Shown here: one piece after another, positions 28,262 to 37,567 of the stretch | Layout: each line of letters opens with the position of its first letter | How positions within the stretch are numbered: the stretch's first letter is position 1 | NCBI GenBank assembly: GCA_023244815.1 | Contig: JAHFLQ010000001.1 | Span: forward strand, 31,037-95,036 | Direction of reading: 5' to 3' | DNA: 64,000 bases | From: a bacterium | GTDB lineage: Bacteria; Patescibacteriota; Minisyncoccia; UBA6257; WO2-44-18 | Position numbers and translations under genes: made by a program | The notes under the pieces: model-generated | What the model saw: the letters and a program-made list of their open reading frames with translations, nothing else | The model's database searches: none | Told to the model about the DNA's origin: nothing

Positions 28262-30049
28262 ATGTGCGGCATCGCCGGATATATAGGAAAGAAAGAGGGT
28301 CTGCCGATTGTTTTCACTAATTTGCGGAAATTAGAATATCGGGGCTACGATTCAGCCGGCGTGGCCTTTTTCGATTTCCGCGGGAACGGCAAACTCATTA
28401 AAACTGTTGGCAAGCTGGACAACCTGGAAAAGCTTATAAAAAATAAAAAATCTTTACCACTGACGGCCGTTGTCGGCCACACTCGATGGGCTACCCACGG
28501 AGTGCCGAACAAAGCCAACGCGCATCCTCACGCGGACTGCGATGGCAAAATCTTTTTGGTTCATAACGGCATCATTGAAAATTATCAAGAACTAAAAGAA
28601 AGTTTAATTAAAAAAGGGCATAACTTTCGATCCCAAACTGATACAGAAGTCGCCGCTCATTTGGTAGAAGAATACGGCTTTGAACCGGCCCTGAAAAAGA
28701 TAGTTGGCGCTTACGCTCTCGCGGTAATTTATAAAAATGATCCGGGCAAAATTTATGTTGCGAGACTAGGCAGTCCCTTGGTAGTCGGTGTTGGGCAAGA
28801 TGAGTATTATGTAGCTTCCGACCCTACTGCCTTGGCTGGCTTAGTTAAAAAAGTAATTTATTTAAAAGATGGCCAACGAGGAGTTTTGTCGCTGAACAGC
28901 ATGCTCATTGGTCCGGCGCGGCCGAAAATAGAACCGCTGGATATTGATCCGGAACAAGCCCAAAAAGGCGACTTTCCGCACTTTATGCTCAAGGAGATTT
29001 TTGAGGGGCCGGAAGTTTTGCTTTCCGCTTTACGAGGGCGTTTGATGCCTGACAAAGGAATAGTGAAATTGGGCGGATTGGAGGGCGTAGCTGATCAACT
29101 GCGAAAAGTAGACAAAATGGAAATTCTTGCTTGCGGCACTTCTTACTATTCCGGCCTGGTGGGCGAGTTATTATTTGAAGAATTTGCCAGGATTCCTACC
29201 GAAGTTTTACTTGCTTCCGAGTACCGATATCGCAAACTTCCAGTGAAAAAGGGAACTGGAGCGCTGTTCATTTCTCAATCCGGAGAAACTGCTGACACTT
29301 TGGCGGCGCTCCGCAAGGCTAATAACCACAAACTTTTAACATTGGGGATTGTAAACGCGGTTGGTTCCAGCATTGCTCGCGAAACGAAAGCGGGAGTTTA
29401 TAATCATGCTGGTCCGGAAATTGGCGTTGCCTCCACCAAAGCCTTTCTCTCACAGCTTGGGGTCCTAACCCTGATGTCTCTTTACTTCAATCCCAGAAAA
29501 ACTAAGAATCACAAAGAATTTTTGGAAGAGTTGGCGGCCATACCGTTAAAAATAAGGAGCATTTTGAAAGAAAGCAATCAGATAAAAACACTGGCAAAAA
29601 AATATTTGAAATACAATAATTTTCTGTATTTGGGACGTGGCTACAATTATCCGACAGCTTTGGAAGGAGCATTAAAGCTTAAAGAAATTTCTTATGTGCA
29701 TGCCGAAGGTTACGCTGGCGGCGAGATGAAGCATGGACCGATAGCTCTTATAGATAAAAATTTCCCCACCATTGCCGTGGTAACTAAAAATCTGGTTTAT
29801 GAAAAGATGATCTCCAATTTAGAGGAGATCAAAGCGCGTTCCGGGCCAATTTTGGCCATTGCCACAGCCGGAGATAAAAAGATCGCTAAATTAGCTGACG
29901 ATGTTTTTTATGTTCCTAAGACGGCAGAACCCCTGGAGGCGATGCTGAATATCATACCTCTGCAGCTTTTCGCCTATTATTTTGGAACGCTCCGCGGGCA
30001 CGACGTGGACAAGCCGAGAAATCTTGCTAAAAGTGTAACGGTAGAGTAA
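28262..30049 (+). CDS. glmS: glutamine--fructose-6-phosphate aminotransferase (isomerising)
   Basis: N-terminal nucleophile MCGIAGYIG, glutaminase domain, two SIS domains. 595 aa. Confidence 0.9.
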   Translation: MCGIAGYIGKKEGLPIVFTNLRKLEYRGYDSAGVAFFDFRGNGKLIKTVGKLDNLEKLIKNKKSLPLTAVVGHTRWATHGVPNKANAHPHADCDGKIFLVHNGIIENYQELKESLIKKGHNFRSQTDTEVAAHLVEEYGFEPALKKIVGAYALAVIYKNDPGKIYVARLGSPLVVGVGQDEYYVASDPTALAGLVKKVIYLKDGQRGVLSLNSMLIGPARPKIEPLDIDPEQAQKGDFPHFMLKEIFEGPEVLLSALRGRLMPDKGIVKLGGLEGVADQLRKVDKMEILACGTSYYSGLVGELLFEEFARIPTEVLLASEYRYRKLPVKKGTGALFISQSGETADTLAALRKANNHKLLTLGIVNAVGSSIARETKAGVYNHAGPEIGVASTKAFLSQLGVLTLMSLYFNPRKTKNHKEFLEELAAIPLKIRSILKESNQIKTLAKKYLKYNNFLYLGRGYNYPTALEGALKLKEISYVHAEGYAGGEMKHGPIALIDKNFPTIAVVTKNLVYEKMISNLEEIKARSGPILAIATAGDKKIAKLADDVFYVPKTAEPLEAMLNIIPLQLFAYYFGTLRGHDVDKPRNLAKSVTVE

Positions 30050-30059
30050 GGTGGCGCTT

Positions 30060-30197
30060 ATGTCTTATTTCAGACTAATCCTGGCAATGGCTTTGATAGT
30101 GTTCGCGGTTTTTGCCTTACATAAATACACCCCGGATATGGTTCAGGGCGCACAGTTACTGTCGGCCGTGATATTTAACGTTATTTCCTCTCGGTAA
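30060..30197 (+). CDS. possible 45-aa membrane peptide
   Basis: AAGGTGG RBS 5 nt upstream of the ATG. Hydrophobic core (LILAMALIVFAVFAL). Its last 17 nt overlap the convergent htrA 3' end. Not in the ORF track (under 60 aa). Confidence 0.25.
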   Translation: MSYFRLILAMALIVFAVFALHKYTPDMVQGAQLLSAVIFNVISSR

Positions 30198-31266
30198 GCC
30201 TCACTTTCACGTTCAGCATTTTTTTGCCGCGCAATAATTTGAAGTTCAGAATATCGCCCACCTCTTTTTCTTCTAAAATATCCTGGATAGTGTGCCTGTC
30301 GGTAATGGGCGTGCTGTCACATTCTAAAATAATATCCTTTTCTTTTAGGCCGGCTTTATGCGCGGGACTTCCTGGTATGACGCCCGGTGTATGTGGCTGT
30401 TGGCCGAAAACCATCGCGCCGTGGTCTGTCGACAGCTTCATTCTGGCTTTCATATTTTCATCAATCGTCAGGTAGCGCACGCCTAACAAAGGGCGTTTAA
30501 TCCGGCCAAATTGTTTGAGATCGCCCAGATCCCTCTTGGCATAGTTAATCGGAATAGCAAAGCCTAGATTTTGCGCTCCGAAGACAATAGCCGCGTTAAT
30601 GCCGATGGCTTTTCCGTCCAGCGTTACCAACGGACCGCCAGAGTTACCCGGATTAATAGCGGCATCCGTTTGAATCAATCCGCGAAGTTCCTGTGGCGCA
30701 ACCATTGGCGCGGTGGCCGCTCGGATTGATCTGGAGAGTCCAGAAATAATACCCACGGACACGGTATTTTTGAAAATACCAAGCGCGTTGCCGATGGCCA
30801 GCACTTGCTCTCCTAGTTCCAAATGGCCGGACTCTCCAAGTTCCACAATCGGCAGATTTTTACCGCTGATTTTAAGGATAGCTACGTCGTCCACCGGATC
30901 GCGCGCTAATACCTCGGCCTTATATTTTTTGTCGTTATTAGCAATAACGGTGTATTCAGCGTTGGGATCAACTACCACGTGCTTATTGGTTAAGATAATG
31001 CCGTTGGGGTCAACGACGAATCCAGAGCCGCCGCCGATTTTTACCATTCCGTGCGCGTCTATTTCTTCTTCCGGAATATCCAGGTGCGGATGGCCGTACG
31101 GTAAAAATGGCAAAACCTCTGGTGGGATTTCTTTTTCAATCGCCTCTAGGCTTTTAGAAATAACGATTGATACTACGGCCGGCATCACTTTTTTAATAGT
31201 TTCTTTAATATTCATACTATCAATTATATCATAGACTGTTTTTTCAAATAAAAAGGCCTGATGCAC
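30181..31266 (-). CDS. htrA: HtrA/DegP family serine protease with PDZ domain
   Basis: Catalytic triad context (TNKHVV, DVAILKI, GNSGGPLV) and a C-terminal PDZ domain. Start may instead be the internal MNIKETIKK at 31215. Confidence 0.85.
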   Translation of the reverse strand: MHQAFLFEKTVYDIIDSMNIKETIKKVMPAVVSIVISKSLEAIEKEIPPEVLPFLPYGHPHLDIPEEEIDAHGMVKIGGGSGFVVDPNGIILTNKHVVVDPNAEYTVIANNDKKYKAEVLARDPVDDVAILKISGKNLPIVELGESGHLELGEQVLAIGNALGIFKNTVSVGIISGLSRSIRAATAPMVAPQELRGLIQTDAAINPGNSGGPLVTLDGKAIGINAAIVFGAQNLGFAIPINYAKRDLGDLKQFGRIKRPLLGVRYLTIDENMKARMKLSTDHGAMVFGQQPHTPGVIPGSPAHKAGLKEKDIILECDSTPITDRHTIQDILEEKEVGDILNFKLLRGKKMLNVKVRLTERK

Positions 31267-31406
31267 ATCTGGTCAAATCCGCCCGCTGCGGCAGACGGCT
31301 CGCAGCCCGCCCCTCGCTCATTTGCCTGCTGGCAAATTTCGCTGCGGTCTTCAAACCGCTCCTGGGCGTAATTTAATACGATCCCGCAAGCGGGATGAGA
31401 TTTTTG

Positions 31407-31488
31407 TGCCCAGGAGAGGATTTGAACCTCCATGCCTTTCGGCGCTACCACCTCAAGGTAGTGCGTCTGCCAGTTTCGCCACCTGGGC
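31407..31488 (-). tRNA. tRNA-Leu (anticodon GAG)
   Basis: Reverse complement: GCCCAGG tg GCGaaacTGGCag ... CTACC TTGAGGT GGTAG, a long variable arm, T-arm GGAGG TTCAAAT CCTCT. Confidence 0.85.
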
Positions 31489-31507
31489 TTACCAGCTAAT
31501 GTACCAA

Positions 31508-31539
31508 GAAAAAACCGCCTTGTTAAGCGGCGGTTTTTT
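31508..31539. terminator. bidirectional rho-independent terminator
   Basis: AAAAAACCGCCttgttaaGCGGCGGTTTTTT, immediately after the rplS stop (minus strand). Confidence 0.7.
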
Positions 31540-31885
31540 CTTCGCTGGCGGCTTGATTTGAGGCAACACCCAGCTTTTGCCGGGTTTCTTTTTTTGAAAG
31601 CTCGCGCACATAGTAAAGTTTAGCTCGGCGAACTTTTTTAGGAGAATTTAGGACATCCACCTTTTCAATTCGGGTAGAATGGACCGGATAAATCTTTTCC
31701 ACTCCGACACCGGCAACTATGGCGCGCACGGTGAAAGTGGCACCTTTTTCAGAGCCGTGTTTGCGGGCGAGCACAAGACCTTCAAAGCGGCTCAAGCGCT
31801 CCTTTTCTCCTTCTTTAATTTTTTCCCAGACCCGGACGTTGGCGCCCGGCTTAATCTTCTCCAAAACTTGAGCGGGAATCATGTG
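31523..31885 (-). CDS. rplS: 50S ribosomal protein L19
   Basis: Typical L19 sequence from MIPAQVLEKIKPGANVRV... with an extended basic C-terminus. Confidence 0.85.
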   Translation of the reverse strand, partial: HMIPAQVLEKIKPGANVRVWEKIKEGEKERLSRFEGLVLARKHGSEKGATFTVRAIVAGVGVEKIYPVHSTRIEKVDVLNSPKKVRRAKLYYVRELSKKETRQKLGVASNQAASEEKTAA

Positions 31886-31942
31886 AAATATATTAATCTT
31901 TTTCTCTGAAAAACGCAACTATCGGAGTATAATTACTTTATA

Positions 31943-33058
31943 ATGCGTATTTTAGCTGACATCCGTTTATTGAGCCGCGGAGGCGTTTCCGGAATAGAAG
32001 AATACACACGGAATTTGTTGACGTCTTTATTGGCGCTGGACAAGGAAAATCGGTACACGCTATTTTATAACGGACTTAGGAAGCTTCCGCTGGCCAGTCA
32101 ACTGCCGGCTGTTGGTTATCAGAATATCGCTGTTATAGACCGACGGATACCCAACAAAATTTTTGATTTCAGCGTAAAATTTTTGAATTTTCCCGCGGTC
32201 GACCGGTTTATGGAAGCTGACGTTGTTTTCAGCCCGCACTTCAATATTCTTAAGACCGCTAAGCCCCGCGTGATCACCTTTCACGACCTTTCCTTTTTGC
32301 ATCATCCTTATTTTTTCTCGCGCCGGCAAAAATTTTGGCATTGGATGCAGGATGTCCGGCGACAGGCGGCTGAGGCGGCGAAAATTATCGCCGTATCTGA
32401 GTTTACGAAAAGCGATCTGGTGAATTTATTGGGTGTGCCGTCGGAAAAAGTTGAGGTTATTTACTCGGGTATTTCTCCGGAATTTAAACATCTGACGCGT
32501 CCCATGCTCCACGATGCGCGTCCCTATATCTTGTATTTAGGAACATTAGAACCGCGGAAAAACGTTGCCGCCATCATCAGGGCTTTCAATGTTATAAAAA
32601 CTTATCCGGAGTTTAGCGATTGGCAATTAGTGCTGGCCGGGCGGCCGGGCTGGCTTTATGAGAACATTAACCGGGAAGTTAAGGCGTCGCCTTATGGCGC
32701 GGATATAGTATTCGCGGGATCGGTGAAAACCGAAGACCGGGTTTTGTTATATAATTTAGCTAAGGTTTTCGTTTACCCGTCTTTTTTTGAGGGTTTCGGA
32801 TTTCCGCCGCTGGAAGCGCAGGCTTGCGGATGTCCCGTGGTGGCTTCTGACCGCACTTCACTTCCGGAAACGCTGGGGGAGAGCGCGCTTTTGGTAAATC
32901 CTTGGAAAATAGAGGAGTTGGCCGAAGCCATTCGAGAAGCGGCGCTAAATCAAAAGACCAGAGCGCACCTGATCGAAGCCGGCGCCAAAAACGTGGCGCG
33001 ATTTAATTGGGCGAAGGCCGCCGGAGAAACCTTAAAAGTTTTACAAAAACTTGCCTAA
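31943..33058 (+). CDS. glycosyltransferase family 1 (GT4-like)
   Basis: C-terminal GT-B motif FVYPSFFEGFGFPPLEAQACGCPVVASD (EX7E). Confidence 0.8.
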   Translation: MRILADIRLLSRGGVSGIEEYTRNLLTSLLALDKENRYTLFYNGLRKLPLASQLPAVGYQNIAVIDRRIPNKIFDFSVKFLNFPAVDRFMEADVVFSPHFNILKTAKPRVITFHDLSFLHHPYFFSRRQKFWHWMQDVRRQAAEAAKIIAVSEFTKSDLVNLLGVPSEKVEVIYSGISPEFKHLTRPMLHDARPYILYLGTLEPRKNVAAIIRAFNVIKTYPEFSDWQLVLAGRPGWLYENINREVKASPYGADIVFAGSVKTEDRVLLYNLAKVFVYPSFFEGFGFPPLEAQACGCPVVASDRTSLPETLGESALLVNPWKIEELAEAIREAALNQKTRAHLIEAGAKNVARFNWAKAAGETLKVLQKLA

Positions 33059-34997
33059 AAAATTTTTAGACATAAAACATCCGCACTATAAAGCGCCGAC
33101 GCCGCGGATGGTTAGAATTCCGCTGAATTTGCCGTATATTCCCATCGGCCAAACCAACGCCAATTTCAGGAGAAGAATCCATGCCCTACTGCCGCTGGCG
33201 GTTTTTTTGATTGTGCTGGGGATATTTGGTTTCAGCGCCTTACGTTTTAAAGAACGCGCCGCCGATTCGGCGCCGAAAATTTACGCCGACTTCAAGGCCG
33301 GAGCGCAAGCGCTTTTCGGTTTTAATCTTAGTCAAGCGGAATCTTATTTCAATTCAGCCAATCGCCAGTTGGGAGAGTTGAGCGCGCAATCTCCCATCAA
33401 GACAGTGCCGGCGATTCTGAACACGCTTTTTCAGTTCAGCCAAAAAGCGTCCGAGTTGAGTTCGGAATTGGCTGATTTGCAAAGTAATGGTTTGGCAATG
33501 ATGCTTGGTAAAAAAGGCGCGTCTTTAATCCAAAAATTCCATAACGTCCAAAACCAGCTGACGGATATCGGGAATACAACCAAAGATTTGAAAGGGCAGG
33601 CGGGTAAATTTGGTTATAATTCAGGATCAGTATTTGGTGATTTAGACGTCAAATTGTCAGATGCGGACCAATTTTTAACCGCATTCTTAAATTGGCTGGA
33701 AACCCCTAAGAAACAGAGGTTACTGATACTCTTTCAGAATCCATCCGAAATGCGTCCGGGCGGAGGATTTATCGGCAGTTATGGTGTGGCCACCTTATTT
33801 CAAGGTAGCTTACTTGATGTTCAGACCCGAGATATTTACGACCCGGACGGGCAGTTGGGGATAAAGGTAATTCCACCTAAACCCCTCCAGGGCGTTACCG
33901 ACAGGTGGGGCGCTCGCGACGCCAACTGGTTTTTCGATTTTCCGACTTCCGCCAGAAAAGTTTTGGAATTTTTAGAGGCTTCCAAAATTTACAGCGAGCA
34001 AGGAATTAAATTCAGCGGCGCGGTAGCGGTGAATGTTGAGCTGATTAAGGATATTCTGGACGTTATCGGGCCGGTAGAGCTTACAAACTATAAATTAACA
34101 ATTACCAGCGCCAATTTTTTGTCGGAAGTTCAGCGAGAAGTTGAGGCTGGCGGCGATAAAACCAAAGGAGAGCCTAAGCGGATTTTGAAAGTGCTGACAC
34201 CGGTAATTTTTGACCGGCTGGCCGGATTAAACGCGGAAAAACGGCAGGATTTGTTCTCGAAATTTTCTCAGCGCTTCGCCAGCAAAGATATTATGGCCTA
34301 CTTTCAGGATAAAACCATCGAAGACTATCTGAAAAAACTTAATGCCGCTGGGGAAGTGGCGCGATTGCCGGAGAACTTTTTTGGAGATTATCTGGCGGTA
34401 GTGAATGCCAGTGTGGGCGGTGGAAAGAGCGATGCCTTCATCGATCAGAAAATCAATCTGATTAGCAGATTAGAAAGTGATGGCCGGATTCATAATCTAC
34501 TCTCGATTACTCGGGCGCACAATGGCGACAAAGAAAAAGACTGGTGGTACCGCTCTACCAATCATGATTATATTCAAGTTTACGCCCCACCGGGCGCCAA
34601 TTTATTGAAAATCAAGGGTGCGGACGCGAAAACTATCAAACCTTTAATTAGTTATGCCGGGAAAGGGTTCTCCATTGATCCGGATTTATCAGCTATTGAA
34701 AAATTCGCTTCCGCCTTTGGTAAAACCGTTTTTACAACTTGGCTGGACACCAAAGCCGGCGGGACGAAAGAGGTCTTTTTCGATTACTACAGCCCATACC
34801 AGTTTAATTTTCACCCGGGCCCCTACCAGTTTATTTTTGAAAAGCAGTCAGGAGCAAAGGGAGAGTTAAGTATTAATCTGGAAGCGCCCGCCGGTTTTAA
34901 ATGGAAAGAAAGCCAATCGCCTAGCTTCACTTATTCAATACGGGATTTGCCAGGGCGACTAATACTTGATTTAAATCTCGAGGCAATTCCGCGGTGA
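33051..34997 (+). CDS. hypothetical membrane-anchored protein (possibly DUF4012-like)
   Basis: 648 aa with a single N-terminal TM and a large extracytoplasmic domain. The conserved block PSEMRPGGGFIGSYG is the only basis for the DUF4012 guess. 8-nt overlap with the GT1 gene. Confidence 0.5.
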   Translation: MPKKFLDIKHPHYKAPTPRMVRIPLNLPYIPIGQTNANFRRRIHALLPLAVFLIVLGIFGFSALRFKERAADSAPKIYADFKAGAQALFGFNLSQAESYFNSANRQLGELSAQSPIKTVPAILNTLFQFSQKASELSSELADLQSNGLAMMLGKKGASLIQKFHNVQNQLTDIGNTTKDLKGQAGKFGYNSGSVFGDLDVKLSDADQFLTAFLNWLETPKKQRLLILFQNPSEMRPGGGFIGSYGVATLFQGSLLDVQTRDIYDPDGQLGIKVIPPKPLQGVTDRWGARDANWFFDFPTSARKVLEFLEASKIYSEQGIKFSGAVAVNVELIKDILDVIGPVELTNYKLTITSANFLSEVQREVEAGGDKTKGEPKRILKVLTPVIFDRLAGLNAEKRQDLFSKFSQRFASKDIMAYFQDKTIEDYLKKLNAAGEVARLPENFFGDYLAVVNASVGGGKSDAFIDQKINLISRLESDGRIHNLLSITRAHNGDKEKDWWYRSTNHDYIQVYAPPGANLLKIKGADAKTIKPLISYAGKGFSIDPDLSAIEKFASAFGKTVFTTWLDTKAGGTKEVFFDYYSPYQFNFHPGPYQFIFEKQSGAKGELSINLEAPAGFKWKESQSPSFTYSIRDLPGRLILDLNLEAIPR

Positions 34998-35640
34998 ATT
35001 TTTCATGTTTTCTGTTCGGCAGGTCGAGCTCCAGGGATTGGGCATGCAGAAATAATCTTTTGATGCCCGGAGGCAGTTCTCGTTGGCTGTATAGCCGGTC
35101 GCCGACGACCGGATGTTTAACCGATGCCAGATGAACGCGGATTTGGTGGGTACGGCCGGTGAGTGGTTCAACTTCAATCAAGCTGTATAGTCCCAGCTCT
35201 TTCTTTACCCGGTAAATAGTCTTAGCCTCTTTAACCATTTTTGTATTTTCGTCGATTTTTACCGTACGCTTCAGAGTGCCGCTCTTGATGCCTATCGGTT
35301 TTTCGATGATGCCGGAGCGCATTTCGAATTTTCCCCAGACCAGCGCGAGGTAATTTTTCTTGACGTGGCGATTTTGGAACTGTTTTTTTAGAAATTCAAA
35401 AGCCTTTTGAGTTTTGGCGACCACCATCGCGCCGGAAGTTTCTTTGTCGAGGCGATGGACAATGCCCGGGCGATTGGCCGGGTCATCGCCGACAGTTTTT
35501 ATTTTTGGATATTTTTTGGTCAGCCAAGCTACCAGCGTGTCTTTAGAGGGGTACGCCTTAATCGGATGAACTAAAAGCCCGGCCGGTTTATTGATAACCA
35601 GGATGTCCTTATCTTCGTAAATTATTTTCGGCTGGGTCAT
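34927..35640 (-). CDS. RluA family pseudouridine synthase (RluD-like)
   Basis: ILVINKPAGLLVHP and catalytic HRLDKETSG motifs. 237 aa; no obvious N-terminal S4 domain. Confidence 0.85.
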   Translation of the reverse strand: MTQPKIIYEDKDILVINKPAGLLVHPIKAYPSKDTLVAWLTKKYPKIKTVGDDPANRPGIVHRLDKETSGAMVVAKTQKAFEFLKKQFQNRHVKKNYLALVWGKFEMRSGIIEKPIGIKSGTLKRTVKIDENTKMVKEAKTIYRVKKELGLYSLIEVEPLTGRTHQIRVHLASVKHPVVGDRLYSQRELPPGIKRLFLHAQSLELDLPNRKHEKFTAELPRDLNQVLVALANPVLNK

Positions 35641-35692
35641 TTAAATATTAATAAGGAAATCCCACACATTGATTATGTGTGGGATGTTGAGT

Positions 35693-36235
35693 TTACACAA
35701 TCGCCGCGGCTTCGAGCAGGCTTTTCACCACGAAATCGGCATTCTGATTGGCCTCGGTGTTATCCCGGTTGTAGGGCCGGCGGATCAGAATCGTTTTACA
35801 GCCCGCCCGCTTACCAGCGAGCACATCATTTTCCGTGTCGCCGATCATAAAAGATTCAGCGAGATTGAGGTTGAGATTATCTTCAGCGTCTTTGAGCATT
35901 CCCGGCAAGGGTTTTTTGCGTGGACAGCCGTCTTTCTTGCCATGTCTGCAAATATATATCGCATCAGGTTTAACTTCTTTCATCGCGATGTCTTGGATTT
36001 CCTGCCAGCGTTCCTCGGTAATATTTCCATAAGTCACGTCGGGTTGGTTAGTAACTATAACAATCAGATAACCGAAATCGCGGAAAATTTTTAACGCTTC
36101 GCCCAAAGAAGGTTCAAAATTTATTTCATTTACATACCACGGCGACCAAGCCGTTGCATGATTTCTAATTTCTGGCCTAGATACGGCCCTAATCACGGTG
36201 CCGTCTCGATCCAGAAAAATTGCTCGGTTTGTCAT
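35693..36235 (-). CDS. HAD-IIIA phosphatase, GmhB-like (D,D-heptose 1,7-bisphosphate / histidinol phosphatase family)
   Basis: DRDGT motif, zinc-binding Cys cluster CRHGKKDGCPRKKPLPGM. Confidence 0.7.
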   Translation of the reverse strand: MTNRAIFLDRDGTVIRAVSRPEIRNHATAWSPWYVNEINFEPSLGEALKIFRDFGYLIVIVTNQPDVTYGNITEERWQEIQDIAMKEVKPDAIYICRHGKKDGCPRKKPLPGMLKDAEDNLNLNLAESFMIGDTENDVLAGKRAGCKTILIRRPYNRDNTEANQNADFVVKSLLEAAAIV

Positions 36236-36287
36236 AGAGCACCTCCGTCAAAGTTCTGTTGCTAGATTAACATAAAAGTTAAACATT

Positions 36288-36411
36288 TTGTAGTGCGCCC
36301 TGCGGGAAATCTCACTCGGCGCTTCGCGCCTCTTTAAAACCCAGCGGTTTTAATGTTTCCGCCACGGGAAAACTACCGTTTTCCCGACCCCTTTCCCGTT
36401 CGATCCCAGCA
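36288..36411. repeat. partial duplications of tRNA-Val 3' end
   Basis: TGCGCCCTGCggg (36289-36301) is a direct repeat of the tRNA-Val 3' end (36460-36471). CGTTCGATCCCAGCAGG (36395-36411) is a 17-bp inverted repeat of 36465-36481. The interval contains stable hairpins. Confidence 0.4.
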
Positions 36412-36427
36412 GGAAATACATAGAAAT

Positions 36428-36455
36428 ATAAAAGACCTTAACAAGGTCTTTTATA
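36428..36455. terminator. bidirectional terminator hairpin
   Basis: AAAAGACCTTaacAAGGTCTTTTAT, just 3' of tRNA-Val on the minus strand. Confidence 0.6.
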
Positions 36456-36459
36456 TTTG

Positions 36460-36531
36460 TGCGCCCTGCTGGGATCGAACCAGCGGCCTTTTCAATGTCA
36501 ATGAAACGCTCTACCACTGAGCTAAGGGCGC
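36460..36531 (-). tRNA. tRNA-Val (anticodon GAC)
   Basis: Reverse complement: GCGCCCT ta GCTC agtggta GAGC g TTTCA TTGACAT TGAAA aggcc GCTGG TTCGATC CCAGC AGGGCGC A. Confidence 0.85.
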
Positions 36532-36618
36532 AATAGGCAAATAAGAAAGAACTGATAAAATTATACATAATTTTATGTCTACGGCAAATAAAAACCGCCC
36601 CGATGTACGTCGGAACGG

Positions 36619-37182
36619 TTACTTTTTTCTTGGCCAGAAAATCAAGATTGCAATTGCGCAGTCGAAAGCGAACACGCAAATTGGGTAGACAGCGATGGCG
36701 AATAACCATCTTTCCACCGCGAAGAGATTAGCGCCGCAGGAAAATAAGAAGAGCATCCAGGCCAGCCGGCTTTCTCCCGACGGATCCAGATAAACTTTTC
36801 TTATGGTCGGGATTGTGCCTAGCGCCATAATCAAGATATTGACCAACAGAGCGGCAAGGGAGTTAAGGGCAAGCCACAGGGCGACACTGATTGCAGCGCC
36901 AACCAGGCAGCCGATATCCAAAGGAGCCCAGGACTTCTCGCCGTATTTCACCGATAGCATAGCCACAGTTGACGCCCCAACCATAAAGGCAATCGGCACC
37001 CAAAGCGTACTTCTTGCTCCCGCGCCAAAGTAACTGCCAACCACCAGGATATCAATCGTCGCCCAGATAAGCCAGGTTGCTTTGCTTGGCCTGGTCTGTT
37101 TGCGCAGGATTGCGACAATGTACGGTATGTATCCGGCTATTGCTAACGCGCCAGCAATCTTACCGGCAAAATCAGTGAGCAT
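36619..37182 (-). CDS. hypothetical polytopic membrane protein
   Basis: AAGGTGG RBS upstream of the ATG at 37182. 5-6 predicted TM helices. No family assignment. Confidence 0.55.
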   Translation of the reverse strand: MLTDFAGKIAGALAIAGYIPYIVAILRKQTRPSKATWLIWATIDILVVGSYFGAGARSTLWVPIAFMVGASTVAMLSVKYGEKSWAPLDIGCLVGAAISVALWLALNSLAALLVNILIMALGTIPTIRKVYLDPSGESRLAWMLFLFSCGANLFAVERWLFAIAVYPICVFAFDCAIAILIFWPRKK

Positions 37183-37295
37183 GGCACCACCTTCTTTAAA
37201 GATCGTTAATTCAAAGAACAGCTGAACTATACAAAAAAATTACAAAAAGTCAAAAAATAAAAACCGCCAATCAAATTAGCGATTTTTATTTTTTG

Positions 37296-37377
37296 TGCCG
37301 AGGGCGGGAGTCGAACCCGCATGCCGTAAGGCGCACGATTTTGAGTCGTGTGCGTCTGCCAGTTCCGCCACCTCGGC
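37296..37377 (-). tRNA. tRNA-Leu (anticodon CAA)
   Basis: Reverse complement: GCCGAGG tg GCGgaacTGGCag ... CACGA CTCAAAA TCGTG, a long variable arm, T-arm GCGGG TTCGACT CCCGC. A terminator-like hairpin plus T-run follows at 37260-37295. Confidence 0.85.
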
Positions 37378-37451
37378 TTTTTAAGATGAACTACTAATAA
37401 TTTAAGCGATTTTATAGTAAAATGGAAGAGTTATGCCCGGTGCTACAACTT

Positions 37452-37559
37452 CGACACTATTCTTTTTTGAAGTTCGCGCGAGGCATGCTATTTTAATCAA
37501 AATCATGAAAAGTCGCTTATTCCGGCGAGTTGGCGCCAACTCGCAGTCGAAGTTGTAGC
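37452..37559 (+). promoter_or_regulatory. nested palindromes upstream of parB (candidate centromere/operator)
   Basis: GCTACAACTTCGAC (37452-37465) and GTCGAAGTTGTAGC (37546-37559) form a 14-bp inverted repeat. It encloses the perfect 20-bp palindrome GCGAGTTGGCGCCAACTCGC (37525-37544). Ends 9 nt before the parB ATG. Confidence 0.35.
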
Positions 37560-37567
37560 AACCGGGT

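Noticed and set aside
36350-36709. 119-aa minus-strand ORF, and ORFs 46427..46618 and 46465..46746
   Set aside because: They overlap tRNA-Val, tRNA-Cys and tRNA-Leu genes and their terminators; these are spurious ORFs across RNA genes.
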